A stretch of 64,000 bases of DNA. Origin: a virus. Where the stretch lies: the IMG/VR virus record IMGVR_UViG_3300028394_002659; one strand, written 5' to 3'. The notes beneath the pieces are model-generated. The model saw only the letters and a program-made list of their open reading frames with translations. It was not told the origin of the DNA and ran no database searches. The translations under genes and the position numbers were made by a program. Below, in pieces: positions 21,801 through 29,806 of this stretch. Each line of letters begins with the position of its first letter. The first letter of the stretch is position 1.

Positions 21801-24800
21801 GGCTGGCGCACCCAAGAACGACAGCGGAGATAGCACCGCCAATTTTGGTGCTGTGTTTGTTTTTGAAAACCCAACTGGTTCTCCAGCATGGTCAGTGGCA
21901 GAGATTGAACAGCCCACTGTTGATATTCGACTGTTGAACAGTGTGTTCTTTTACGATAGAATCACCAGCGCCAGAACACAGTTCTTGGACTTCATCAACC
22001 CACTGCAAGGCAAGATATTGGGCGCGGCACGTGCCAATATCGATTATGTCGGTGCAGTGGATCCTGCCGCTTACAACACAGGCCCGTCCAACCTCAAAGG
22101 CACAACATGGTTTGCAGATCACGTGGGAGAAATTTGGTGGGACATCAGTACAGTAAGATTTATTGATCCCAATCAAGACAGTGTTGTGTATGCTTCTCGA
22201 CGTTGGGCACAATTGTTCCCAGGCAGCGAAGTTGATGTGTATCAGTGGATACAAAGCACAACGCCTCCTTCCGCCTACACCGGTGAAGGAACTCCGTTGA
22301 ACACAGCATCTTATACTGTGAATACCAATCTGTCACAAGACGGAACCTTTGCTACCTATTACTATTTCTGGGTGAGAGGTATCACGGTAACTGCAACACA
22401 ACTGGGCAAAACTTTACCAGCCAGCACAGTTGCATCTTACATTGCTGATCCCAGAGCTAGTGGTATTGCTTATCTAGCACCAATCAATGCCAGCACCGTT
22501 GCTCTGTACAACAGTGCTGACTATATTGAAGCCAGCGATACTATTATCAACATTGAGTACGATCGAGAATACACAAATGACAATGTACACGTTGAGTATG
22601 AACTGATTCCACAAGATCGTGCCGATGGCTTCTTGAGTGACAGCCTGTATCGTAAACTTCAAGACAGTTTGTGCGGGGTAGATACATTTGGTAACAAAGT
22701 TCCTGATCCTAATTTGAACCCAGCAGAACGTTATGGTGTACAATTCCGTCCACGACAAAGTATGTTTGTGAATCGTTTTGCGGCATTGAAAAACTATTTA
22801 AAACGTGCAAACACAGTATTGGCACAATATCCAATCAGTGAAAGTAGATCATTCAATCTACTCAACAGTAGCGCACCTATCCCTCCACAAACTGAAATAG
22901 TAGACAGCGTCTCTGTGACCAATTGGAACCTACAGGTGGCCAATTTAGAAATACTAGGATTCCAAACACCGTTCTGGTCCAACACCAGCGGGTCAATACC
23001 ATTGGGTTACAAATATCTTGTGACCACAGACAGTAGCAACAATGGACTGTGGACGGTCTACACCGTTGAACTAAGCGACACGCAGGCCAACACAAGAGTT
23101 TTAAAATTGACTCAAGTGCAAGGATACAACACACCTGACTATTGGAGTTATATCAACTGGTACCGTCCAGGATATAATGCCAGTACCAAAGTTGTGGCCG
23201 AAGTAGCCACATACTCCGCATTGACTACATTAATATTACCGGTTGGTAGTAGTGTTAAAGTCACTGCCAATGCACAAGGCAAGTTTGAAATTTATTTGCT
23301 AACCGATCTTGGGTTTGAACGAGTTGCACTGCAAGATGGCACCATTGAATTCTCTGCAGAACTATATGACTATGCCCTGGGACGTTTTGGCTTTGATGTT
23401 GAAGTATTTGATGCACAATATTTTGACCAAGAGCCTGTGATTGAAACAAGAAAAATTATTCAAGCCATCAACGAAGAATTGTTGATTGATGATCTTGCAA
23501 TACAACGCAACAAGGCCTTGGTCTTGATGTTTAACTTTGTGTTGAGCGAATTCTCTGCACCTGAATGGCTGGTCAAGACCAGTTTGATTGATGTAGATCA
23601 CAGAATTCGCCAATTGATCCCATATCAGAATTACATCATTGACAATCAAGAATTTGTGAGTGACTATATTCAAGAAGTCAAACCATATCATGTCAGTATC
23701 CGTGAATTTAATTTGAAGTACACCGGCGCCGATGAGTTCTTTGGCGATTTAACTGACTTTGATTTGCCGGCCTATTACAACACAACGTTGGAAATAGCCA
23801 AATTTACAAGCCCAATCTTGTTGCCGTACAATCACGGCAATGCATTTAATTCACCAACCAATACACAAAGTGATTTGCCTGCAACCAGTACGCTGTGGTC
23901 AACTTGGCCATACAATCAATGGTACAGCAATTATTTGTTGATATTAGACAGTGTGGAAATCATTGATGGCGGGTCAGGATACACAGAACCACCTGTGGTT
24001 ATTATCACAGGCGACGCAACCGAACCAGCAGAAGCCACAGCGGTGATCAGCAGTCTGGGGCGGGTAGTTGCTGTGAATGTTACCAATGCAGGATCAGGAT
24101 ACGGTCAAACCCCTACAATCACATTTGACGGTGGCAATGGCACTGAGGCCAGAGCGTATGCCATAATGACCAATGATCTTGTGCGCAGTTTCCGCACGGT
24201 GATCAAATATGATCGTTTCCAATATTTTAGTGATGTGTTGACCTGGAGTCCAAATGGTACTTATTTGTCTGGCATGCTGGTACGGTATGATGATCGTGTG
24301 TGGTCGGCCACACCCACAGATTCTACCGCAGTGGTTGGTCCAGAATTTAATCTTGAAGACTGGACTGTGGTTCCAGCAAGAACACTAACTGGCGTAGACC
24401 GTACCATGGGCTATTATGTGCCCGGCGTTAATCAGCCAGGACTAGAATTGCCTTTGTTAATCGATGGGGTTGACTATCCTGGTGTACAAGTTTACGGCGA
24501 CTACTTCTTGCGCGATCCACTGAGCATAGATGCCACATACTCTAGTGAATTTACAGATACCACACTGGGAGAACTGCCCACAGATATCAATGTTGATGGC
24601 GGCCAGTTCATTGGCTTGTATGAAGGACACTCTCCTGAAGAATTGATCAATGGCGCAGAATTTGACACTCTTGATTTCCGTGTTTATACTCGTCCAGGCG
24701 CAGACTGGAACAGAGACGGCCACGGATTCCAATGGAGCATAATTCGCTACACATACGACCCTGCCATTGAAACAGCGTACAGTTGGGCAGGCACAGTAGA

Positions 24801-27051
24801 ACATCCTGTACAGGTCCTGATCAGCAATATCACCACTGGCTTAGACCTTGCACTTGACATTGATTATACTGTTGACTGGATCAACCAAACAGTTTCTTTA
24901 CTGACCTTGACATCTGGAGATCAGTTCCAGATCAATGTGTTTGAATTGGGGGGTGGCAGTCAGTTGTACCGTGCCAATTACATCGGCGGCGATATTGGTG
25001 AGACAGTGGTAGTTCCAGTTAACACAGCAGAAATTGTCAGCATTGCGGTATTTGTAAATGGTGAAAATGTTGACAGCGTGACCTGGCAACCGTATGTTGA
25101 CAGCGCAAATTGGAATATACTAGATAGTTACGGCAAACTTGATATTGTGAATAATAGTGGCATCTACTATCGCGCCTTGCAAAATGTGCCAGTTGGTATA
25201 AACATCACCAACGTGCTGTATTGGTTTGCATTTGTTCCTACACTAGAAAGTCTAGTAGACTTTGGTACCGACTATGGTGCTACAGATGGCATTGCCATGG
25301 TGATATTTGGAACCAACACTGTAGATGCAGGATATTTTGTAATAGGCAAGTCCTATACAATTACCACGGTTGGAACAACCAACTGGACTGCTATTGGTGC
25401 CGCATCAGGTACCGTGGGTGTGAGTTTTGTAGCCACAGGCGCTGGATCAGGAACAGGGCAAGCATCCACTGCATACTCATGGAGTACCCCACAGGTTCAA
25501 TATCAAGTGGCCGATGCCAACATGGTATCAAACAAGATCATAGTATTAACCAACAGTGTGCAAGGTTCAAATTCAGCCAATGCTGTAATCACTCGTAACG
25601 GATTGAGATTGCGGCCGCCGGCAGGAATTGAATGGATTGGCGACGACTCTAGTGTGAGTTTTGGGTTACCACAACGCGGCAACTACAGTCAATCAGCAAT
25701 CAATGCCAATAGTGATGTTAATGTTTGGATAGATAATATTTTACAGGTTCAAAACGTTGGGTCCACTCAGGGCAACTATGCTGTGACTGCTTGGACCGGC
25801 AACAACACACCAGGTCGTCAGGTTGTGTTCTTTACCCCTCCACCCAGCGGCGCAAGAATTTTGATTGCTGTGAACACTCAGGCAGACTATGCGATTGTTG
25901 GAAACCAAGCGCAAATCAGCGCCACAGTAAACTTGAATGACGTGTTTGCAGTGACTACCTGGAATGATACGTCGCAACAATGGCCGTTGACTCTGGTGTT
26001 TCAAGGCCCGGTTACAGAAGGCCTAACGCTTACTGAAGGTTATGACACCACAGTTTATGATGCCGCCTCAGTGAGCGATACCCCAGGATCATATGATTAT
26101 TCTGTAGGGACCACTATATCTGTTAATAATTTCTATCTAGAAAGAAGCCTAAATGAAGCCAGCAGATTGTGGGCCACACTAAATGGTAATAGACTGTTTG
26201 AAGGTATTGATTATACTGTGGAAGGTGATTATTTAATATACTCTGGTGGCGTAATTGGCACAACTGATATTATGGTCATTGAAGAATATACCAATAGTGT
26301 GGTGCCAGATGCTATGGCATTCCGCATATTCCAAGACATGCGTGGAGTACAAGCAACTTACAGAATTACTGAAGCAACTACCACAACCCTAGCACAAGAT
26401 TTATCAAGCACTGCTAGTATTGCTTATGTCACAAACGCTGGTCAATTGAGCGAACCTGATCTTGACCCTGTGCGTAAGACAGGAATTTTTGGTGTGGTCA
26501 CAATTGATGGCGAGCGTGTGATGTATCGTGCAAGGGACATAGTGGCAAATGTCATTTCAGGACTCATGCGTGGAACCGCTGGCACTGCCGCCGCAGATCA
26601 CAGTGCTGGTACTGACATATATGACACAGGTCGCGGCAACTTGTTGCCCTCACAATTCCAAGACTACATTGTGAGCGATACTAGTACAGGAGATGACAGC
26701 ACCACAACATTCTATGCACCCAGTATATTATTTGAGGACTTTCTGGATTCTAGCAGTGAAACTCCGGCAATTGAAGTTTATGTTGGTGGGCAACGTCAGT
26801 ATGCCTACAGCGATACCACCGCTGAAAGTCGCTATCGTTATTTTGTAACAGACTATGATCCATTGGCTGTGGAATTCATTGTAGACACCAACGTCTTCCC
26901 ACCACTACTACCGCCTGCCGCAGGCGTAGAAGTAACAATTTTAGTGCGCCAGGGCGTTACTTGGTACGCACCCGGTGACGGCACTGCCAGCGATGGAATT
27001 GCGCTACAAGACACCCAAACACAAGCCGCAAGGTTCTTGCGTGGGTTATAA
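12862..27051 (+). CDS. Giant (4729 aa) baseplate wedge/receptor-binding structural protein (gp7-like position) with FG-GAP propeller and carbohydrate-binding-like modules
   Basis: Uninterrupted 14.2-kb ORF coupled to the gp6-like gene. It has an N-terminal DFLPEIFQT, YIQEVKPYH near the C-third, seven FG-GAP-type repeats, GGSGY..P.V.I repeats and W....Y..G..V.Y....W/Y motifs. Confidence 0.7.
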   Translation: MANTRSVDFLPEIFQTDANKQFLAATLDQLIQEPNFRKTQGFIGRTVGPGVNPNDKYVVEPTKTRADYQLEPGVVSLVPDTDTIKNAITYPGLNDAVSFQGGNGGRPDRLYSSEYYTWDPFVDFDAFINFSQYYWIPGGLAAVDVASAGISTTDNFVVTTNNSAYNFSGVNGNNPVIELVRGGSYTFQVSDEFWIQSAPGISGTIPATPNISSRDVYGVANNGETSGTVIFNAPLKDAQSFYYNLTSIGTIDLVTELAYNDINGQPLIDFVVATGGIDGVTNLNNRTLIFIDNPALTQKYQITYVTVDSVVYLQLAEIATINSLEKWITSYGTVYSNTQWYKDPAGVIRSIPLLSAVQDTLYYQSGTNSEIFGRILLVEPGNSSTLDVDSIIGQETYTSPNGVAFTNGLKVRFTGDVVPASYGSGTSTFQCTATEAGTNYITYYNATYLYVGQGVVFLATTLGGLEPGTTYYVRSIAVNGLKFTVSAVPNGPAVTLQTGTGTMNAIAVSNHEYYVSGVGTAIELLPVENFAVYESYATDYTDSTIAVEPADIDYLTISRASKDLNAWTRSNRWFHIDVINATATYNNTAADIDNNFRAKRPIIQFRPGIRLWNMGTRGKAPVDIIDFTETDAFSNVEGSTGYTTDGYTLVEGSRVIFAADEDLNVRDKIYVVSFATPDTVPPLITQPIIVLTEATDGAVQLDESTVCIDGDTIAGLTFWFDGTAWIEAQQKISVQQAPLYNVYDIDGVSFGDRVKYQSSDFVGSKLFSYAVGDTTILDTVLQFPLQYLNINNVGDILFDNNLYVDTFTYTIDNVSTATPISSGAAREYEDRVTYYKLIGWQTAVVEQQIYQQFKFTYTGQSLKLDIAVTSQTVIAVPVIKIYVGSVFIDPSTYTYTVGTNSTVITLTNTYLPTDIIEVLALSDQTSTVGFYQVPDNLQSNPLNANSPAFTLGTIRTHYETICENLLDLTGPINGSNNSRDLGNIVPYGLEILQQSAPLTLAGYFMRSPSYNIFASLQYNSREYTKFKAQMLDAVLTQNNIAFKTTATILDQAIQDITLGKLETQPFYWSDMIPQGVTSYSNTYTVGLTTRATFDTVQVYNYTSANYLGLCVYLNDEILTRDLEYVVATDGPRLTISATLAVGDTVTINEYSATYGNFVPNTPSKMGLYPKYEPEITTLVTSNGTGEFIIGHDGSETPVFGDIRDQVLLEFETRIYNNIKQDGNPVPLTIENVLPGQFRDTGYTFEEINNIFAEDLLSYCGWNKLNYKEQTFSATNEFTWNYSGTTNRLNNENLLGAWRGIYRYFYDTQQPEYTPWEMLGLEIEPTWWQDRYGPAPYTADNLVLWDDLEAGLVADPVVPYYKPNYARPGLTSVIPTGGEGELLSPQNSVVGGVPLNQNVSARYQKSWAIGDGGPVEASWWNSSSYPFSVMHVLAVTRPAEFFALFADRDLYKFDTDYNQYLYNQRYRLDANGIEVYGNDVSKASYINWIVDYNRQTGINSTDLLTADLAALDVRLCYRMASYSDKQYVKLVTEKSSPNSTNTTLTIPDESYNILLYKNQPFDQIRYSSVAVQKVDGGGYAVFGYGTTQPYFEILQSQAVGKLQEYSAGGITVLVPTFYSDNVTQVPYGFVFVNETAVSDFLLSYGKLLETQGLTFTDRANGYTLDWPRMVTEFLYWSQQGWGTNAIINLNPLAGGLTVTRPGAVVDSIVTETSENLLLDQNSNEIPTRSLNVVRLGNTFTIQPLTTQSISYINLRFTNYEHMMVLNNKSVFGDLIYNPVTGARQSRLTLVAVTTSDWNGSVDTPGFILNQDNVQEWTGLRTYSKGEIVKYKNVYWSALTIVQPSVKFDFNTWTQSDYTQIELGLLPNLANKADQLANSYNINAANIETDNDLLSYGLIGFKPRQYLAALNLDDVSQVNVYRQFLGTKGTRLATDLFKSANLGKEAADYTIYENWAVQRATYGANANRSFVELRLNRALLSANPSLVQVVVPQQASAADQQIYLTDVWRSSYKLTSTDILPTTTELPTDIGLPTAGYVSLDDTDITVFDITNTESLAANIDSIQVGTSIWVAKINDYDWNIYRAQAVPGQIQHVCDNLNGTSRVIFNDQHGLTTGDKLIIKFFDSEINGVYQVLSVPNLDTVNIAFAFTSNRAVANGTGIGFTLQTMRVAQASDVDSLPYALNILPGAKVWVDDNGDGLWEVLQKNDVFSSIVALNPVLLDAGEQYGASVAQARNKLAAFVGSPNYGFYTGTSKGAIYVYVKSYSDQYTPVSPLGTGDAILTLDATGVRGYGNAIDFGNQSWAVAGASASLGSGSQANNGYACVIYRDPTLGVPGSIPFGQWQLLTQPAAYGTLLTGAGEFGYSVAMSLDERWMYIGAPGLNSVHAYGYVDWQNQVIKTIADGVTTAYTINDTIQINNDYQLKVTLNGQIQTVGTDYTISGSFGTVTFASAPGNTIAGSFVPGATYTILTLGTTDFTAIGASSNTVGVEFVATGAGSGTGTAVAQLLIEFARYNSFQIPYSAATYNLAGTSSSLPGLFTATNIYSFSIEVNGALLRPNIDYTFAGTTVTFTGSYISSDIIIVRANGYFEYTNTLTVAGLGASDRFGHSISCTTDGRQVLVGTPYITIDGNVEAGQVYVFDRNVQRFICNSNSSSTNFTVLGSAPTAPVSVIVNNEFYINQTDSVIDAPNSFTVSGNTITILGDLKVGDVVEIETNQFNLLQTVSQNTVANFSNFGQAVEICDNNCSLYVGEPQSSQQIFKGGVVERFVNQSRVYGTITATVANPTFTVGNTIRVNNMDVVLTGTTVASLANAINSTVPNVLATVSTAGYLTINVKNSAAAAPFNKVQVAPGSVGTAFTTLGFDTFAWTQLITSPYPVEYAAFGSAISVNDNAINLVVGAPRGTLYLETIFDDGTTYFDAGSTIFFSVIVQSGAIYTFDYLPSSTLTVTNPGKFVFGQQINNSQVQSYDTFGAAVNYTSGVLMAGAPKNDSGDSTANFGAVFVFENPTGSPAWSVAEIEQPTVDIRLLNSVFFYDRITSARTQFLDFINPLQGKILGAARANIDYVGAVDPAAYNTGPSNLKGTTWFADHVGEIWWDISTVRFIDPNQDSVVYASRRWAQLFPGSEVDVYQWIQSTTPPSAYTGEGTPLNTASYTVNTNLSQDGTFATYYYFWVRGITVTATQLGKTLPASTVASYIADPRASGIAYLAPINASTVALYNSADYIEASDTIINIEYDREYTNDNVHVEYELIPQDRADGFLSDSLYRKLQDSLCGVDTFGNKVPDPNLNPAERYGVQFRPRQSMFVNRFAALKNYLKRANTVLAQYPISESRSFNLLNSSAPIPPQTEIVDSVSVTNWNLQVANLEILGFQTPFWSNTSGSIPLGYKYLVTTDSSNNGLWTVYTVELSDTQANTRVLKLTQVQGYNTPDYWSYINWYRPGYNASTKVVAEVATYSALTTLILPVGSSVKVTANAQGKFEIYLLTDLGFERVALQDGTIEFSAELYDYALGRFGFDVEVFDAQYFDQEPVIETRKIIQAINEELLIDDLAIQRNKALVLMFNFVLSEFSAPEWLVKTSLIDVDHRIRQLIPYQNYIIDNQEFVSDYIQEVKPYHVSIREFNLKYTGADEFFGDLTDFDLPAYYNTTLEIAKFTSPILLPYNHGNAFNSPTNTQSDLPATSTLWSTWPYNQWYSNYLLILDSVEIIDGGSGYTEPPVVIITGDATEPAEATAVISSLGRVVAVNVTNAGSGYGQTPTITFDGGNGTEARAYAIMTNDLVRSFRTVIKYDRFQYFSDVLTWSPNGTYLSGMLVRYDDRVWSATPTDSTAVVGPEFNLEDWTVVPARTLTGVDRTMGYYVPGVNQPGLELPLLIDGVDYPGVQVYGDYFLRDPLSIDATYSSEFTDTTLGELPTDINVDGGQFIGLYEGHSPEELINGAEFDTLDFRVYTRPGADWNRDGHGFQWSIIRYTYDPAIETAYSWAGTVEHPVQVLISNITTGLDLALDIDYTVDWINQTVSLLTLTSGDQFQINVFELGGGSQLYRANYIGGDIGETVVVPVNTAEIVSIAVFVNGENVDSVTWQPYVDSANWNILDSYGKLDIVNNSGIYYRALQNVPVGINITNVLYWFAFVPTLESLVDFGTDYGATDGIAMVIFGTNTVDAGYFVIGKSYTITTVGTTNWTAIGAASGTVGVSFVATGAGSGTGQASTAYSWSTPQVQYQVADANMVSNKIIVLTNSVQGSNSANAVITRNGLRLRPPAGIEWIGDDSSVSFGLPQRGNYSQSAINANSDVNVWIDNILQVQNVGSTQGNYAVTAWTGNNTPGRQVVFFTPPPSGARILIAVNTQADYAIVGNQAQISATVNLNDVFAVTTWNDTSQQWPLTLVFQGPVTEGLTLTEGYDTTVYDAASVSDTPGSYDYSVGTTISVNNFYLERSLNEASRLWATLNGNRLFEGIDYTVEGDYLIYSGGVIGTTDIMVIEEYTNSVVPDAMAFRIFQDMRGVQATYRITEATTTTLAQDLSSTASIAYVTNAGQLSEPDLDPVRKTGIFGVVTIDGERVMYRARDIVANVISGLMRGTAGTAAADHSAGTDIYDTGRGNLLPSQFQDYIVSDTSTGDDSTTTFYAPSILFEDFLDSSSETPAIEVYVGGQRQYAYSDTTAESRYRYFVTDYDPLAVEFIVDTNVFPPLLPPAAGVEVTILVRQGVTWYAPGDGTASDGIALQDTQTQAARFLRGL

Positions 27052-27057
27052 ACAAGG

Positions 27058-27063
27058 TAAATA
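27058..27063 (+). promoter_or_regulatory. Late promoter-like TAAATA
   Basis: Intergenic, 7 nt before the ATG at 27071. Confidence 0.45.
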
Positions 27064-27070
27064 AAAGACC

Positions 27071-27220
27071 ATGTCAAACACACAGCAAAATCAACAAGTT
27101 GAGCAGAAAAATGAGCAAAAGCCCGGCAAACCCAACGAAACCGGCACCGTCAACGTGCAAGGATACTTTAGAGTGTTTGATCCAACGACGCAAAAGACTT
27201 ATGTGGAGGGGCGAGCATGA
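27071..27220 (+). CDS. Small 49-aa protein (not in ORF track): MSNTQQNQ...PNETGTVNVQGYFRVFDPTTQKTYVEGRA
   Basis: Manual translation; fills the gap exactly and overlaps the next gene by ATGA. Confidence 0.75.
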   Translation: MSNTQQNQQVEQKNEQKPGKPNETGTVNVQGYFRVFDPTTQKTYVEGRA

Positions 27221-27822
27221 TTGAGTCAGGACTAGCCAAAATATCAGGGCATGTCAAGATCTATGACCCTGCAAGCGGTGAAATATTCTATAATGATCAC
27301 AACGCTATTCACTACGAAAACATTTCAGTAGCAATGGCTCAGAGTCTAGCAGACCGTAACGTAGGCTATATCTATCAAATGGCATTTGGCAATGGCGGCA
27401 GTTCAGTAGACCCCACAGGAGTTATTACATATTTGCCCCCAAACACCACAGGACAGAATGCTGACTTATACAACCAAACATATCAAAAGGTAGTTGACGA
27501 TAATTCAGCCGCTGACACAGACCCTGAAAACAACAAAATGACCGTACTACACACAGCAGGAAATCTTTACACTGATATCTTAGTGACCTGTTTGTTGGAT
27601 TACGGTGAGCCTGCAGAGCAACAAGCATTTGACAACTCAACCAACTACAATGGTGAGTTCGTGTTTGATGAACTAGGGCTTAAAACTTGGAATGGCGCCA
27701 CTGACAACCTGCGCCTGATTACCCACGTGATTTTTCACCCGGTACAAAAGAGCTTGAATCGACAAATTCAAATCGATTACACGCTGAGAATACAGACATT
27801 GAGCAACATCAATGCTGTATAA
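27217..27822 (+). CDS. Virion structural protein, probable tail-fibre attachment/collar protein
   Basis: GHVKIYD..NAIHYEN, MAFGNGG, FDELGL, LITHVIFHPVQKS.NR.IQIDYTLRI; directly upstream of the fibre gene. Confidence 0.55.
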   Translation: MIESGLAKISGHVKIYDPASGEIFYNDHNAIHYENISVAMAQSLADRNVGYIYQMAFGNGGSSVDPTGVITYLPPNTTGQNADLYNQTYQKVVDDNSAADTDPENNKMTVLHTAGNLYTDILVTCLLDYGEPAEQQAFDNSTNYNGEFVFDELGLKTWNGATDNLRLITHVIFHPVQKSLNRQIQIDYTLRIQTLSNINAV

Positions 27823-27825
27823 ATA
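27818..27825 (+). promoter_or_regulatory. T4 late promoter consensus TATAAATA
   Basis: Exact consensus upstream of the tail fibre gene. Confidence 0.65.
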
Positions 27826-27843
27826 TAGGAACAGGTAACCGAA

Positions 27844-29793
27844 ATGGCATATACAATTAATCTTACTGACGGAAATATCTTTGCTACTGTAGCAGATGGC
27901 ACCATCAACACCTCCAGTAGTGTGACTTTGGTAGGTAAAAATTATGCTGGATACGGTGAATTCTTGGATGAAAACTTTATCCAGATGTTGGAAAACTTTT
28001 CAAATCCCACTGCGCCAGTTGCACCACTTACTGGACAACTTTGGTGGGATAAAACCAACAGTTTACTCAAAGTTTATAACGGTACAACGTTTAAAACAAT
28101 TTCAGCCGCAACTGCCAGCGGCACAGCGCCGGCCTCAAATGTAACTGGCGATCTTTGGTATGATACTACCAACCAACAACTGAAAGTTTGGACTGGATCT
28201 GCATTTTTGGTAGTGGGTCCGGCCTATTCAAGTTCAACAGGCCTTGCAGGTGCAATTCCCGAAGCAATTCCTGACTCTGGTAACACAACACAGTATATAA
28301 CTTCAATATACTCAGGTAACATACGAGTGGCAATTTATAATGCCAACGCTACATTCACTGCGGCTGCGCCTGTAAGCACCTTGTTCCCCACAGTGTTCAA
28401 GGGCGTGACCATGAGCAACGACACAGGTACCAACATGAGTGGTAACTTGATTGGTGCTGGCAATGTAACTATCACTACTGCTAGTAGTAATACAGTGGCC
28501 ACATTCACAGGCACTGGAGCCAATATTACTGGCTACACCACAGTGAGTGGTAACGTAACTGGTGGTAACATTTTGACCGCTGGACAAGTATCTGCCACTG
28601 GTAACGTAACAGGTGCTAACTTTATTGGCAACGTGATCCCTCCAGCAGGCGGCGCAGTGAGCACAACTGGTAACATCACAGGTGGCAACATTCTAACCAG
28701 TGGGTTAGTAAGTGCTACATCAACAATTACATCAGCAGCCAACGTTACCGGTGGTAATGTCTTAACTGTTGGTGTGATGAGTTCAACTGGTAATGCCATA
28801 CACGGTAATATATTAACTGCTGGTATCGTCAGTGCCACTGCCAACATAACCGGCGGCAACATCTTAACTGGCGGCATTATAAGTGCAGGTGGCCAAGTCA
28901 CGGTAGCCAGCGTAGCAAGTAACAGTATTATTACCACTGGTAATATAGCCGGGGGTTACCTTTTTGGTAACGGTTCGCAACTTACTGGTCTAAGCGCCGC
29001 AGTCAGTGTAACACAAATTCAAAACGGCAACTCCAATGTAAGAGTTGCCGCATCGGATGGAAACGTAACGATTGGTGTAAACAGCACAGCCGTGGCAGTA
29101 TTTGACACAACCACAATATACATCAACTCTGCCAACGTGGTCAGTCTCGCACACAGCGGCACAAATGCTGTGGGTAACATTGGATCAAGTGCTCAATACT
29201 TTAATCAGGCATTTACCGACAGAGTCAATGCCACCACGCTCTCGGCCAGTGGCAACGTGACAGGCGGCAACTTGATAACTTCGGGCACCGCAGGTATTTT
29301 AAGCGTAAATACTATCACTCATACTGGTACTAATGCTGTAGGTAATATTGGAAGTTCCAGCAGTTATTTTAACCAAGTGTTTGCCACAGCAACCACAGCA
29401 CTGTATGCTGACGTTGCAGAACGTTTTGCCGCAGATGAAGTTCTAGAAGCAGGCACAGTAGTTGAACTGGGCGGATCAGCAGAAATCACTAGATCTCTTG
29501 AAGAATTAAGCGAAAATGTGTTTGGCGTGATAAGTACTAGAGCGGCATACCTGATGAACGGTGGAGCCGGCGAAAACGACACACATCCTCCAGTTGCAAT
29601 GACCGGACGTGTGCCAGTCAAAGTAATCGGTACAGTGCGCAAAGGTGACAGATTGGTTTCGGCAGGAGCGGGCATTGCTAGAGCGGCCCAGCCCGGAGAA
29701 GCCACTGCATTCAACGTAATTGGACGAAGCCTGGTCGACAAGACCACCCCAGAATCAGGTACAATTGAAGCAATTGTGACCATCAAGAACTAA
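27844..29793 (+). CDS. Tail fibre protein with GN(V/I)TGGN repeats and C-terminal intramolecular chaperone (peptidase G2/S74-like)
   Basis: N-terminal LVGKNYAGYGE..ENF..MLENF..P..GQLWWD; repeated shaft; C-terminal YADVAERF..GTVVELGG..FGVIST..AYLMN..GRVPVKV.G..KGDRLVS. Confidence 0.8.
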   Translation: MAYTINLTDGNIFATVADGTINTSSSVTLVGKNYAGYGEFLDENFIQMLENFSNPTAPVAPLTGQLWWDKTNSLLKVYNGTTFKTISAATASGTAPASNVTGDLWYDTTNQQLKVWTGSAFLVVGPAYSSSTGLAGAIPEAIPDSGNTTQYITSIYSGNIRVAIYNANATFTAAAPVSTLFPTVFKGVTMSNDTGTNMSGNLIGAGNVTITTASSNTVATFTGTGANITGYTTVSGNVTGGNILTAGQVSATGNVTGANFIGNVIPPAGGAVSTTGNITGGNILTSGLVSATSTITSAANVTGGNVLTVGVMSSTGNAIHGNILTAGIVSATANITGGNILTGGIISAGGQVTVASVASNSIITTGNIAGGYLFGNGSQLTGLSAAVSVTQIQNGNSNVRVAASDGNVTIGVNSTAVAVFDTTTIYINSANVVSLAHSGTNAVGNIGSSAQYFNQAFTDRVNATTLSASGNVTGGNLITSGTAGILSVNTITHTGTNAVGNIGSSSSYFNQVFATATTALYADVAERFAADEVLEAGTVVELGGSAEITRSLEELSENVFGVISTRAAYLMNGGAGENDTHPPVAMTGRVPVKVIGTVRKGDRLVSAGAGIARAAQPGEATAFNVIGRSLVDKTTPESGTIEAIVTIKN

Positions 29794-29806
29794 CAAGGAA
29801 AAGAAA

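Noticed and set aside
12862-27051. Intein/intron, tape measure protein or stop-codon recoding in the giant ORF
   Set aside because: No intein or homing-endonuclease motifs were seen; the composition is beta-rich rather than helical; genes are full length in the standard code.
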